A DNA stretch of 64,000 nt, from NCBI RefSeq assembly GCF_001194135.2, contig NC_068997.1, forward strand, positions 4,989,256 to 5,053,255, read 5' to 3'. The notes under the pieces are model-generated. The model ran no database searches, was not told where the DNA came from, and saw nothing but the letters and a program-made list of their open reading frames with translations. Position 1 is the first letter of the stretch; each line of letters begins with the position of its first letter. This stretch comes from Octopus bimaculoides (Eukaryota). The translations under genes were made by a program, and so were the position numbers. Below, in pieces: positions 63,166-64,000 of this stretch.

Positions 63166-64000
63166 TCACTAATTACATAGAACTACCAAAAAGATAGGAT
63201 ATTAAAAAAATCTTAACCTTTAAATAATGATACAAAGAATTTTATGTTAACCATCATCAGGATGTGGGCATTTTTCTGACCAACTCTCAAATTACTCTTG
63301 CGCATTTTTGGAAAAAACAATTGAAACCAGAAAGGCAATTACTGAAGGAGAGGATCTGAATCATGGGGGGCCCAGAAGGAGCATTTTCATTGTGTAGGAT
63401 TAGGTTACCCAATCTAAATTTTTTGTGTTTTGTATAATGTTTAATATATATTGTTATTCACTGTTATTCTATGTATTGCTAGCAGGGAGATGAGTCATTG
63501 TTGCACTCTCTTGTGGTCAAATATCCATCACTGACATAACCAAGAAAGGTCAAAATATTGTAATGTGATAGCCTCAGCACTGGAGGTGGTGGGGATTTAT
63601 CTTCTTGCTAGCAATATGAACAAGAATGCGTTTTGCACCAAAAGCCAATATGAAAGTTTCTGTCATGGTATCTACCACAGTATAGTTTGTTCTAACAGAA
63701 CATCCACATTTAAGTGGGGATAAATAGTATCTTTCTAAATGTATTGTCTCTAATTTACATCAAATTCGGAATATATATGACACCCTTACATTCATCCAAT
63801 GGTCTTCCACACAGTTTCCATCAATATAATTTCATTAACAGTTTTGGGGTCAACCTTAAGCTCTGGTTACCCAAGAGAGTACACAATAGAGTTAAATCAG
63901 AGACCTTATAATTACTGGAGGAACTTCTTAGCTATTCAACCATGTCTGGGTTCACATGTCTATACATATGCAGGAAAGCAAACACACAAACATCAAAGAC

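Overview
AT-rich, microsatellite- and TE-saturated animal genomic DNA with many N gaps. The SINE/LINE repertoire looks like Octopus (inference from repeat families, not proven). One complete host gene is supported: COA3/CCDC56 on the minus strand, 92 aa, with two coding exons (17748-17562 and 9427-9336) split by an 8,134-nt U12-type (minor spliceosome) GT-AG intron. A probable last exon of a CD225/dispanin (TMEM233/PRRT-like) gene lies on the plus strand at 2028-2188. An orphan TATA/CCAAT/E-box/E2F promoter at about 29.3-29.5 kb points into an assembly gap. The rest is decayed mobile DNA: mariner (three families), a DD41D Tc1/mariner-superfamily element, a Merlin-like remnant, piggyBac-like and foldback MITEs, RTE, R4/Dong, Tx1 and Penelope-like retroelements, and tRNA-derived SINEs. 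The most unusual items are hammerhead-ribozyme motifs (a complete type I fold at 38109-38161 between 340-bp-period direct repeats, plus a dispersed minimal-hammerhead family), a telomere-repeat-bearing foldback MITE just upstream of COA3, and a near-perfect 72-bp hairpin inside the minor intron.
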